DNA of 58,269 nucleotides from a virus (taxonomy: Duplodnaviria > Caudoviricetes): the IMG/VR virus record IMGVR_UViG_3300017728_000008, positions 1 to 58,269 of that record; one strand, 5' to 3'. The notes beneath the pieces were generated by a model. That model was not told the DNA's origin. It did no database searches and saw only the letters and a list, made by a program, of their open reading frames with translations. Shown here in pieces: positions 35,655-46,700 of this stretch (position 1 is the first letter of the stretch; each line of letters opens with the position of its first letter). A program made the position numbers and the translations under genes.

Positions 35655-37541
35655 TTAACCCCCGGGTCTTGGAGCACCACCGCCTCCTGCAACTGTTTTC
35701 TTTGTTTTCTGTTCCTTACGCTTACCATAATCATCAGAATATTTTTTCTTTCCGTCTTCATCTAAAAGCATTTTTTGTTGTTCTAAAGACTTGTTAAGTA
35801 TTTGTTGATATATAGCTTCTAATTCAGTTTGAGCCGTATTCCCATTCTTCAAATTAACTTCACCAATTTTCTTACCGTTCTTATCTTGAATATAAATTCC
35901 TCTACCCGCATTAAATGTTCTAACTTTTATATCAGACATTCCCGGTAAAGAAGATAACTGTGCTTTTACGGTGGCAACCGCAGCTTTTTCTTGGTCTTTA
36001 GTAATTGCAGGTCCTGCATCTACGAGTGCGTCAGCAGGTTTTAATTTAGCACCTTCGTTTTCTTTGTATGCTTCATCAAATGGTAATGTAACTGTTTTTT
36101 GTCCACGTGAACTAAAGTCATATTCAGTACCCGACAACACAGGCTTGGTAAGGTCTAATTTACCTCTTGTAATCACTTGATTAATGTCAGCAATTTTGTT
36201 TTTGTCAGGCAAGACAAAGTTCATACCCGCTTCAACAAAGTCGGTTTGATTATCACCAAACGTAATTGTTTCACTTGCTCTTCCATCATTAAATGATATT
36301 GAAACACCTAAGCCGTCTTCAGTTAAATTTATTTCTTCTACGTTAGGATTGAATGCTCGTAATGAATCTGCCGCTTTTTGTTTCTGCTCTTTAGTACCAT
36401 AGTATAATTGAGAGAAATTACTAACAACACTTACTTGTTGGTCTTCAGCATTTCCTTGGTCAACTTTTGCAGGTGGTTCATATGGTGTAGTACCTGCAGA
36501 TTTGGTTTTTTCAGTTTCATCTATTCGTGCACGTATTGCAGTTCTCATTCTTTCTTTCACAACTTCTTCTTGGTCACCTGCAAACTGAACTTTACCCGCA
36601 GCATTCTCACTACGGTCAATGTACATTAAATTTCCGTCTTTTCCTTGTTTGTCAAATTCATCCTTGTCGTAGGTAAAAGTATATTTTTTACCATTAGGTG
36701 CATTTAACACACGGTCGGTAAGTACAGAAGATATATTGTTTGGGTTCTTCATCATTGCTCCAACTTGGTCGTCTTCCCATGCCCTATAGTTAGAAACAAA
36801 ATCCTCATCTTCTTGAGAATAATCCCCTGTTTTAGCGTCTACTTTTTGAACAATTGTATTTAGGTTACCCTCCGATGCATATTTAACTACAGAAGTTTCA
36901 ATAGCACCTAAGCTACCGGCTGCATTTATTGCTGCGGCATCAAGGTCAAACCTATCGTATTGAGACTTGAGTCTCCCTCTTAATTCAGGAACTGTAGCAA
37001 AATCACTTGGGTTGCTTGAAATTTGACCGTTAACTCTTTTGCCTACACTTATAACTCCATTAGTAGGGTTTATATATCCACCCACATTACGAAGGTTTCC
37101 AAGACCTTCTGACTGCTCCATTTCCCATACCTCTCTGAATGATGATTCGTCTCCTTCCCATCGTGACATTTTGGTCTTATATTCTTCTTGATATTCTTTT
37201 GCAAGGTCAAACATTTGAGATGTTCCTGACATTCCGTTTTGTCTATTTCTTGTGTAATCTCTAAGAGAAAGTTCTCCGGACTGTAGCAAACGGTCTTGCA
37301 TTAATCTGTATTCTTGCATTCCATTAGAAAAATCTGCAATAAAAGTGTTACCTTGGTCGTAGTCACCGGTGGGAGCATTAGAAAGTTCTTCCCCAAATTT
37401 TCGAGAGGCATCTTTTATCTCTTCTTTCTTTTTAAACCTTGCTGCAGTTTCAGCCTTAAGCATGTCTGTAACACCCTTGCCAACTTCTGCCCAATTTATT
37501 TGGTCCTCTACTTCACGCTTTACATATTTATAATAAGTCAT
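35655..37541 (-). CDS. putative internal virion protein
   Basis: 628 aa between the tail genes and the giant protein. Confidence 0.55.
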   Translation of the reverse strand: MTYYKYVKREVEDQINWAEVGKGVTDMLKAETAARFKKKEEIKDASRKFGEELSNAPTGDYDQGNTFIADFSNGMQEYRLMQDRLLQSGELSLRDYTRNRQNGMSGTSQMFDLAKEYQEEYKTKMSRWEGDESSFREVWEMEQSEGLGNLRNVGGYINPTNGVISVGKRVNGQISSNPSDFATVPELRGRLKSQYDRFDLDAAAINAAGSLGAIETSVVKYASEGNLNTIVQKVDAKTGDYSQEDEDFVSNYRAWEDDQVGAMMKNPNNISSVLTDRVLNAPNGKKYTFTYDKDEFDKQGKDGNLMYIDRSENAAGKVQFAGDQEEVVKERMRTAIRARIDETEKTKSAGTTPYEPPAKVDQGNAEDQQVSVVSNFSQLYYGTKEQKQKAADSLRAFNPNVEEINLTEDGLGVSISFNDGRASETITFGDNQTDFVEAGMNFVLPDKNKIADINQVITRGKLDLTKPVLSGTEYDFSSRGQKTVTLPFDEAYKENEGAKLKPADALVDAGPAITKDQEKAAVATVKAQLSSLPGMSDIKVRTFNAGRGIYIQDKNGKKIGEVNLKNGNTAQTELEAIYQQILNKSLEQQKMLLDEDGKKKYSDDYGKRKEQKTKKTVAGGGGAPRPGG

Positions 37542-37544
37542 ACT

Positions 37545-38411
37545 CTAATTTCCTTGAGATTTTTTCCAATCTAAAAACTGTTGATACTCAGAGTTCATCG
37601 ACCCGGCTCCATATTCCATACCAAAAGCATTGTTAAATTGTTTAGGTGCATATGATGCATAAGCAGTTTCATAAGCATCACTTCCAAAAATCTGCCCTTT
37701 TTCTGCACCTGATAATCCCGATTTAAACCTTCTGAAATCTCTATTTTTATAATTTGAAAAATCTATATTTTTTAACTGTGTGTCTCCTACTTTTATATTG
37801 TCAAATGATTTATCAGAAAAGTCCATGTCAGCTACTGCTTTTCTTTGACCTCCTATGTTTTGACTAAATAACGGAACCATTGACAACCCTTGTTGTAATG
37901 CGGCACCTGCCGATTGAATACCTTGCATCTTAGCAGCCTCGGCTCGTCTACCTGCGTCTGCCGCAGCCATTTGAGCACCTTCGACTTCTTGTAAATCTAA
38001 TTTGACGTTCATATCTCTTAAACGAGAATCTTCATCTGCTTGTAATTTTTCGAGTTTATTGACTTCCTGTTCTTGTGCGGCACGAATTTTACCTTGACCT
38101 TCTTGTGTGGCTAATTGAACTCTTCCTACTCCGGCTGCAGCTCCTCGCTCATCACCTTCCACTACTGCTTGAGTTGCACCTGCCGCTTGTTCTAATATTT
38201 TTTCTCTTTCAATATTATATACTTCTTTGTTGACACTTAATTCATCAAAAACATTGACTTCAAGTTTCTTTCTTGCTTCTGCCATCATTTTTTCCGCCCT
38301 AAGTTGAGCTGCCTCTCGTTCTCTTCTTGCGGCTCCGGCTTGTCCAAACGACATCGCAGATGAACCAATGGATACTGCTAAACCACCAATACCTAAAAAT
38401 AATCCTGACAT
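37545..38411 (-). CDS. putative internal virion / ejection protein
   Basis: Gly/Ala-rich hydrophobic N-terminus followed by an Ala/Gln coiled coil. Confidence 0.6.
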   Translation of the reverse strand: MSGLFLGIGGLAVSIGSSAMSFGQAGAARREREAAQLRAEKMMAEARKKLEVNVFDELSVNKEVYNIEREKILEQAAGATQAVVEGDERGAAAGVGRVQLATQEGQGKIRAAQEQEVNKLEKLQADEDSRLRDMNVKLDLQEVEGAQMAAADAGRRAEAAKMQGIQSAGAALQQGLSMVPLFSQNIGGQRKAVADMDFSDKSFDNIKVGDTQLKNIDFSNYKNRDFRRFKSGLSGAEKGQIFGSDAYETAYASYAPKQFNNAFGMEYGAGSMNSEYQQFLDWKKSQGN

Positions 38412-38932
38412 AATAACTTTTCTTTTTTAATTACACTTATGGGTAAAGTTTTATAATCTTCCGTGTATACATCTGCTTCTGCATCTTCAAAGGTTTTAGC
38501 CTCGGTTTTATACACACAACACCACTTAGTATCTTCATGCATATACAATACTCTTTGAGTTCCTATCTGAGTAAAAATAATGTGAGGTGCTTTTATTGTT
38601 ACAAGTTCCCCACTATCAGTCAAATATGACACTTTACCTTCAAGCAAAAAAGATGGGTGTTGTTGTTTGTGAATCATAGATATTATAAAATGTCCCTTTG
38701 GAATAAACATCTGTCTTGTATACAAACCACCCTCTAAAGTTTGTTTAATTGGGTATACTTGTTTACAAATTTCACTTTGTTCTTCACCACACTTATGCGT
38801 AATTGCTTGGTCAAACTTACTCAAATCCTCTCTAAAGGTTTCTATTCTTTCCCAAAGCATTCCCCTGTTTTGATTTACATAATTTAATATGCTTTCAGGT
38901 TTATACTCCTGAACCTCTACAGAATCTTGCAT
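38393..38932 (-). CDS. cupin-like phage protein
   Basis: GGLYTRQMFIPKG...IHKQQH...GTQRVLYMHEDT. Confidence 0.65.
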   Translation of the reverse strand: MQDSVEVQEYKPESILNYVNQNRGMLWERIETFREDLSKFDQAITHKCGEEQSEICKQVYPIKQTLEGGLYTRQMFIPKGHFIISMIHKQQHPSFLLEGKVSYLTDSGELVTIKAPHIIFTQIGTQRVLYMHEDTKWCCVYKTEAKTFEDAEADVYTEDYKTLPISVIKKEKLLCQDYF

Positions 38933-38950
38933 ATAATTAAATTTTATTTA

Positions 38951-38958
38951 CAAAGATA
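38951..38958 (-). promoter_or_regulatory. Bacteroidota -7 promoter box (TATCTTTG)
   Basis: In a 33-bp intergenic gap. Confidence 0.6.
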
Positions 38959-38965
38959 GTAAAAT

Positions 38966-39796
38966 TTAAGGGAAAGATTTCATCACTTCAGATTCAACCG
39001 CAAACAGTTCTGAAGGATTAATGGCAATAGTTTTGTCTAAAGTAAGAGTAAACTCACAGTAATGCCCCAAAATACCATGTGATTCTGCTATAGGATTCTT
39101 AATATAAAGAAAATAAGCATCATTTATAGGGACAGGATAAGTAGTACCCGCCACCGTAGTAGTGTCAATTACTAATTGATTTATGCCATTTACTTTATCT
39201 ACTTGGATATCAGTAATTACACCCGCAAATTGAGGGGTGTCGTAGGGAGGTACTGAAAAATAAAGATAATCTCCAACACTAACGATACTTCCAATATTAA
39301 CATTCAAATTAAAAAGTATTTCATATGCTGCAGCAGGACCGTTTTCGGACACACTTCTGCCTATTCCATTTAAAGAACGTAATTCAAAAGCACCTTGCGT
39401 TACACCTGCACCTGTATTGTTATTGGTTCTTATAAAAGCAAACCAATCTCCCTCTTTTCGCTCATACCAATTTTCTGTTGGACCTGCGGTAATATATCCA
39501 TTGTTTTGAATGTCAGTATTACCATTAAAACTCCAAGCATCATCACTTTCTAAATTAATAGTTTTAAATATTTTATTTTGTAAAGGTTGCTCATTAAATA
39601 CTGTAGAGATAGTAGAGTCGTAAGTGGTTCCATAAAAAGTATTATAGTTACTATTGACATTGTGTCTAAACAAATTACCACCTTTAAAGGTGTAAAAGTA
39701 TTGATTCATTCCTATCATATAATCAGGAAAGTAAGAGTAAAAAGATGGAAATCCTTTTGAACCTTCGCTATATGTTAATGTATAATTTTCGGGCAT
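38966..39796 (-). CDS. tail protein, probably the C-terminal part of the tail stabilisation/nozzle protein
   Basis: YTLTYSE...PSFYSY...NKIFKTINLES...RKEGDWFA...ELFAVESE. Confidence 0.6.
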   Translation of the reverse strand: MPENYTLTYSEGSKGFPSFYSYFPDYMIGMNQYFYTFKGGNLFRHNVNSNYNTFYGTTYDSTISTVFNEQPLQNKIFKTINLESDDAWSFNGNTDIQNNGYITAGPTENWYERKEGDWFAFIRTNNNTGAGVTQGAFELRSLNGIGRSVSENGPAAAYEILFNLNVNIGSIVSVGDYLYFSVPPYDTPQFAGVITDIQVDKVNGINQLVIDTTTVAGTTYPVPINDAYFLYIKNPIAESHGILGHYCEFTLTLDKTIAINPSELFAVESEVMKSFP

Positions 39797-39798
39797 AA

Positions 39799-40728
39799 TT
39801 AACAGTTTGTTAGTGAGTTTATAATACCATCTCCATCGACAACCATTGTCTTTCTAATTACACCTACCTGTATATAGTAAGTTCCTTGAGATGCTTTTAC
39901 AGAGCCGTTAGGGTCTACAACGCAAAATTCATTTACTGCAGGGTCCCCTGCAAGTCCTCCTGAATTTGGAACATTAAAATAAGTATTAGGCAAGTTAGCG
40001 GTTAAGCAATCCGTTCCTCCGGTAACAAGGTTGGATGTTGAAAACCCTGTCAATTGAACCGGACAGTTAATACCAAGAGTCCACCCTGTGTTAGCACAAG
40101 GACCAAATATCTCAACACTTACAACTTCCGGAGTTTGAAGTGGTTTAGGTATATACAAAGTGACCGGACCCGGAGACGGAATAGTTAATCGAACATCACC
40201 GCCATTACCGGTAACTACACCATTTGACCCTGTTGGGTCAAAATTTGCACCGTTAAAGTTAAAAGTATTTTCTCCTGAATATCCTCCACCATTTAAAGTT
40301 TGTGCAATATTACAATCGCTATTTATATTTCCAACAAAAGTATAATGTCCATTGGTGTTTGAGGATAAATATCCTTGAGTTGCACTTGTTGTCTCGTTAT
40401 AGAACTGATTATTGTATTGTACCCTTATACCATCGGGTATTGCAGATACATTAAAATATAAAATAATAGCACCTACTGAACTTCCTGTCCCAAAATTCAC
40501 GGTATAAATTCCACCACCACCACCGGCATTAATAGAAGTATTACAGGGTAAAACACATGAAGGACAAATAACAACTGCTAACAACACTCCACCTACTTGT
40601 TCTCTTGAAATGACAGAGTTTGAATAAAATCCATCAGGTGCAGGTGTAGTTAGGGTGGCATCTGTAAATACTGCAGTAGCAGTCTCTAAAGTTGAACCGT
40701 CTATAAAATAATTTCCAAAAACTCCCAT
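39799..40728 (-). CDS. beta-rich, Cys-containing virion accessory protein
   Basis: ATAVFTDATLTTPAPDGFYSN; CPSC; Gly/Thr/Asn-rich. Confidence 0.55.
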   Translation of the reverse strand: MGVFGNYFIDGSTLETATAVFTDATLTTPAPDGFYSNSVISREQVGGVLLAVVICPSCVLPCNTSINAGGGGGIYTVNFGTGSSVGAIILYFNVSAIPDGIRVQYNNQFYNETTSATQGYLSSNTNGHYTFVGNINSDCNIAQTLNGGGYSGENTFNFNGANFDPTGSNGVVTGNGGDVRLTIPSPGPVTLYIPKPLQTPEVVSVEIFGPCANTGWTLGINCPVQLTGFSTSNLVTGGTDCLTANLPNTYFNVPNSGGLAGDPAVNEFCVVDPNGSVKASQGTYYIQVGVIRKTMVVDGDGIINSLTNC

Positions 40729-40740
40729 ATCTAAATTTTA

Positions 40741-43700
40741 TTAAGGTATTTGATTTGAACACTCACAATCAACCAATTCCACATCAATGTTAGGGTCTGC
40801 AAAAACCTCGGTTGCACATATTGCAACTGACCCAAATCCGGGTACATCAATTTGAGAAGGTTTTATGCAATCCACATAAAAGAATGTTATTGTGTTTTGC
40901 GTATTGTTTATCAAATTATATTCTTGACAAACTTGTATACAATTAGACACCAATGATATTCCTGTTATAGTATCTTGTGCCACTCCGCTCCCTGATGTGT
41001 TTACTACTTCGTAAATACACCCGTCTTGCAAAGTTACAAAACTCCCAACAAATACCGTAAAGCCTCCGTCATTTACCGGGAATGATGGTTGAACATCACC
41101 TCCACAGTTTTGAACTGTAACTAATTGAGGTGAAGGAGTTAGGTTGCAATCACAATCTCCAACTTCAGTAATTATTAATGCAGGGTCATATGGTTGTATG
41201 TCTTTTGCACAAGTAGGGAAAACAACTATATCTTGTGGACCAACTGTAAGCGTGTTGGTACTGCCATCACATTGGACATACGTTATTGTTTCTGAAACAT
41301 TTGTCGGATTTTCTATTCTATATTCTTGACATACCTCATTACAATCAGTAATAGTAAGTATGTTAGTAATAACTTCCCCTGTTCCTGTTAGTGGGTCACT
41401 TGTTGTATTCATTACTTCAAACACACAATTATCTTCACTCCAAGATACAAAATCGCCTACCTGAGCATTTTGCCCGAAAGGAACTATATGAGTCTCATCA
41501 ACAGTTTGTAATGAACATTTTTTAATTAATAAATTGCTTGGTTGACAACTTACTAAAACTTTGGATACGCCGGTAGCAGAAGTTAAATCTGTAGCAGCTA
41601 TGGTAACTGTTGCTCCATTAGCAATTGGAATAAAAGAAGCTACACCTGAACAATCTGTGTATTGATATAATATAGGTGAGCCTGAAGCATTAGTTATTTC
41701 ATACTCTTGACACACATCTAAACAAGACGATTCGCTTTCTACTTGATTTATTGTTTGAGTTGGTGTTAAACTTGTTAAAGCTAACACTTCCCATCTACAA
41801 TCTGTATTTGACAATATACTTACAATGTCGCCTACTTTAGCACTTGTAGACCCTTGAGATATTGTTTCCAAAGGAACAATTGCTCCGTCAGCTCTACATT
41901 GTTGAATGCGGAAGTTAAGCGGAGTGTTACACTCGCATCCACTATATTGAAGCGTTAAGTCCGCATCTAATGAAACCTGCCCCCCTGTTAAACATATAAT
42001 ATTAGAAGAAGCCGGTGGGATAGTTTGGCTTTGTTGTTGGAATAAGCAATCAAAATAAATTATAGTTCTGAAAAGAGTAGAGCTTGTATTAGTAACGATG
42101 TATTCACTACACTTAGAACTACAATTAAAGTTTGAAGAGAAACTATCTATAGTTGTCCCGCTCCCTGTTGCTGAAACAACAGATGTTATTTCGTAAGCAC
42201 ATCCATTAACAAAAACAAAGAATCCAATACTTAGATTTCCTGCTGAATCCAATACCGTAATTGTTTCAGGTATTGAAGCAGGGGTAGTAGTGACCGCAGA
42301 GTTTTGGCATAATTCTGCCTCATAGTAAATTTGATTACAAACACAGTCTATTAGCGTAACATTAAAATTACCGAGACTACCGGTCCAATTTGTAATTTCT
42401 CGAGCACATAATTCTATAGTAGTTTCGTCATTAATAAATAATGTCTGAACAATACCATCGCAGTCCGTATACGTTAGGTCACCCCCACCTTCTTTTTCTG
42501 CACTATTTTCTATTTCATATCGTTGACAGACCTCAGAACAATCAGTAAATGAAGAAGCACCTAACATATTAAAGGTTGCTACTTGAGAAACATCAACTTG
42601 TAATACTTCCCAAACACATTGTTGATTGCTACCGTCAGTTATTGTTATTAAATCACCAACTGTTACATTAAATCCTGTAGTATCCGCATATCCTATTTGT
42701 GGGTAAGTTAAACTTTCATAAGAACTTTCACATCTTCTTACTTCCGACACAATTGTCGGAGGTAAAACAGTACAATCACAATCAATTAAAGTAAGCGTTA
42801 CATCACCTACCAATGTAGAAATAGTTTTAGCACAAATGGTTTCGGTATTTCCAATACCAAGACTTATTGTTATACTATCATCGTCACAATCAACATATGT
42901 GACATCGTAAGCGGTATCAGGACTTGTATTTGTAACTTCATATGTTTGACAAACATCTGAGCAGTCTGTAATATCAGTTCTAATTGTTGTTACTACTGCG
43001 TTAAGAGGGTCTTGTGTTTGTTGTACTACTTGATAAACACAATCATCATCACCTACACTAAGCTCTACAAAGTCCCCTATTATTAAACCACCTGCTTCAG
43101 TTATTATATATTCTACTACAGGGTCTGTGGTGCTTAAGTTACATTTCTGAACTCTTAAGTTATCTCCTGTTTCACAATCACAACACACATCAAATGGGTC
43201 AATATTGCCATAACATAATTCCACTTCTGTTGGTCTTCTATAATCGTATATTAAATACAAATATTCTTCGTTTGTATTTGGCATAGGAAACTCTACTTGA
43301 TAAGTGTTTGGACCACCTGTTATAGGAGTTCCATTAACTGAGGCTGCCATTAAAGCTGCCATATCATTTGGAGTGTTTGCATAAAAAGTATTACTTCTTA
43401 AGTATCTCAACTCATCTAAAGATGGGTCAAACACATAGTCATCAATAGGTAAGATTCTATTAGAAATTATTCTAACAGAAGCCGTATTAGCCGGTATAAA
43501 GCCTCCACCTTGAGGACCGCTTAATTGAGTATACTGAGATATTAAAGGATTTTGTGTTCCCGCAACGAGCTCTACTTGTTCGCTATGTAAAGGAGAAATA
43601 AAAGCTCCATCAGTCCATCGGTATTCATTGTGAATAAACTTGTCCGCATCGGCACTAAGAGAATAACAAACTTGAATTATAGTTATTTCCGTGACCGCAG

Positions 43701-46700
43701 GGCAATTAACAGTTACTTCTAAGGTGGTGGTACCTGAACTTTGAATAGACACTTCTACGGTATCCTCTGCTACAGAGTTTTTATCAACTATTAAAGTACC
43801 TGAAACAGTTGTATTACCTGTACTCACAGTTGTATTGTCGTATTCTGCATCAATGTTAAATGATGGAGTAACTCCAATTACATTGTAATCTATACTTACA
43901 TCACCTACTAAATTTCCTACGTCAACGCAGAAATTTGAAGATGAGTTAGATGTAATAATTATTGTTCGAGTTATACCACAATCAATACAAACAGGTGTTG
44001 TAGGTAGTAATTCAGAAGTAGCACTTAATACGTATTCATTCATGTAAGGGTCATATCCGCCAAGTTTCTGAGTTCCAAAAGAACCTAAGAATAAGTCTCT
44101 AAACCAAGACCTCATTCCTGCTTCTGATATTACAGTTAACCTTTCGCTTTGACCTGATGTCCCTGTTAATTGAATTACCGCTCCTCTTTTTGCGTCAGTA
44201 AAAAATTTATTAGGTCCCCATTTTGCATAACTTTCCGGGTTAAAGCTAATACCATATTCTTCAATCCGAGAAATTTGCGTACCCAAAACTTCAGGGATAG
44301 AAGCGATAGAGCCTCCGCCTGTTGAGTCAGATAAAAGGTTTTTACCTTGAAGCACATAAGAAATTTTATCCTCTTGTAATGTGAGTATGTCTGTTTCTCT
44401 TCCGTCTATTTTAAATATAGGTCCAAAGTTTTCTTCAATAGGTTTAAAGTTTAGTAATCCAAGATTAAATTCATTTAGCTTATTAACATTAGATTCATCA
44501 TTAAACACACCACTATAAGTTAAGTCAGCAAACCTTCTTACTTGCTGATAGTCTTGAGCTGATGTCGTAAATATTCTGTTTCCTAATTCAAGAGTTTTCC
44601 CTTTTATAGAGTCACGTGCTTGATAGCTTTCAACTCCATTACCAAAAGAATAACAATTAAAAAATTCTGTAGAAATAATTGCAGGAATACTTCCGGTTTG
44701 GTTTTGAATGTTTCCTGTATGCGTCCCCTCAGTTAAAGGTGAGCTATTAATCGTAACGTCTGCAGGAAACTGCGGAGGTGTTGAAGGGTTTATTGTAACT
44801 GAATTACAAACTCCAATTACATCTACTATGTTATTGTCATTTTGTACAATAATAGAAGATGATTGATTATTTATATCTAAATAGTCAAACTGAATAGGTG
44901 CATTATTTGTGTCTACCTGTAATTTAAAAAGACATTTGTTGTTTCCCTGAATAATTGGGTAAGAGACAGAACTCTCAAACCATACATCAGGTAAAGCATC
45001 TTGAGTTGGGGTTTCAAATGCAATGAAAGATGTGCTTCTAATAACCTCAATAGTCACTTGAAGTGTTGTCTTTTTTCTACTATTTCCACTATATCCTTTT
45101 GAGCTCTTCCAACTAAAAAACGTACGTCCATTACTTGTTGTAAATTGACAAGAGATTTGTCCTGCACTACATCCTTGAAGAAAACCTCCATTAAGAATTG
45201 GATTGTAATTTATAGCACCTACACCTGACCCTTCATCTGAACCTTGAGCCTCTAATATACCTGCAATGTTACTATTATCAAACCATTCTTTGAAATTATC
45301 ATACTCTTGGTCAACAGTAAAAGTTTGGTTTACTGACCATTTTTTAAAAGGCACTCGTCTAATTCCTCTACGTTGATTTAATATTTCAATTCTTACTCTA
45401 CTACCTGCCGGAAGAGAGTAATCTACATAGGTCCCCGGGTTAGCACTATCTTCAATATCTACAGGATAGCTTACAACTCTACAACCTGAACCATTACTAC
45501 TAATTAAACCGTAATTTACGACAGGATTATCTCCTACATCTGTATTAAATTCATTTGCTCTTATTTTCATATAAGTTCCTGTAGGTACAGGAATTTCTGC
45601 TCCGTTTAAATCGAGAGGAGCAGGATTAAGAAAATCCCTTGGTTGAGATTTTTTTTCTAATACTGTAGCAAATGCACATCTATTTACCGGTCCTGTTGCA
45701 TCACTCTTAACTTTAAGAATATCTCCTTCTTCAACCTTCGTAGAGTTCTCACCGTCAAGTAAAAAATAATCAGCTCCCGTAGAAGGGTCTGTAAAAAAGA
45801 ATGTAGTAAAAACATTAAAACCTCCCTCTTGGTCTTGTTTAATACAAAACTTATATCGTGTTGCAAAAGCAGGTGCAATTTGTTCAGGTGGTATTGTTAT
45901 TTGTATTTTGTTTTGTAATTCACTATTGGCACACGGAACAGATATTGTGTTGTTTGGACTTACAAGAGCAGTTGTTGCACGATTAAAATCATCCATATAA
46001 ATAATACCAACTTCGTATGTTCTATCACTATGTAAACTTGTTGGGTTACCTATTTCTAAAAAAGTAAAATCTGCACCTGTAATTTCATAGTATTCGTAAA
46101 CACTAACTGTAATAGCCGCTCCTGTAGGGTCGTCAACAAATCGCATAGCGGGTAATACAAAACCAATATTGTTAGAACCGGGAGAAGCCTCTATCCTAAT
46201 CGGTTGTCCTGCCGTTGATATACCACTTTCAAGTTTAGTTAAGTTGCCTAAATTATTATTTATAATACAATTAAATTCATCGGTAAAAGTGGTTCCATCA
46301 CACGCATCAACTACAGGTTCTATGTTTGTTATACTACCAACTGCATCTATAAAAGAAACACTTGTAGCGAGTTCGTATACACTATTGTAATCTTGCGGTA
46401 ATATAAAACCAAATGATATTTCAGCACTTTGCGTGGTTACATTAGGGAAGTCCGCAGGATTACCTGAAAACTGACTGTGTGTAAAAAATATTTGAATAGA
46501 GATAGAAGCTCCTGCTTTAAGCTCTAAATCCCCAACGTCTATAAAAGCAACTTGAGATTGATTAACTGCTACCACCCCATCTATGGTATAAACTGTAGCA
46601 AATAGTTCTTCTTCAATATCTTTTAATCCAATTATATTAGCTTCTAAATCTGCCGTATATTCTAATTGCGTAGGAAATCCACCTGCAGTTACAATATCTC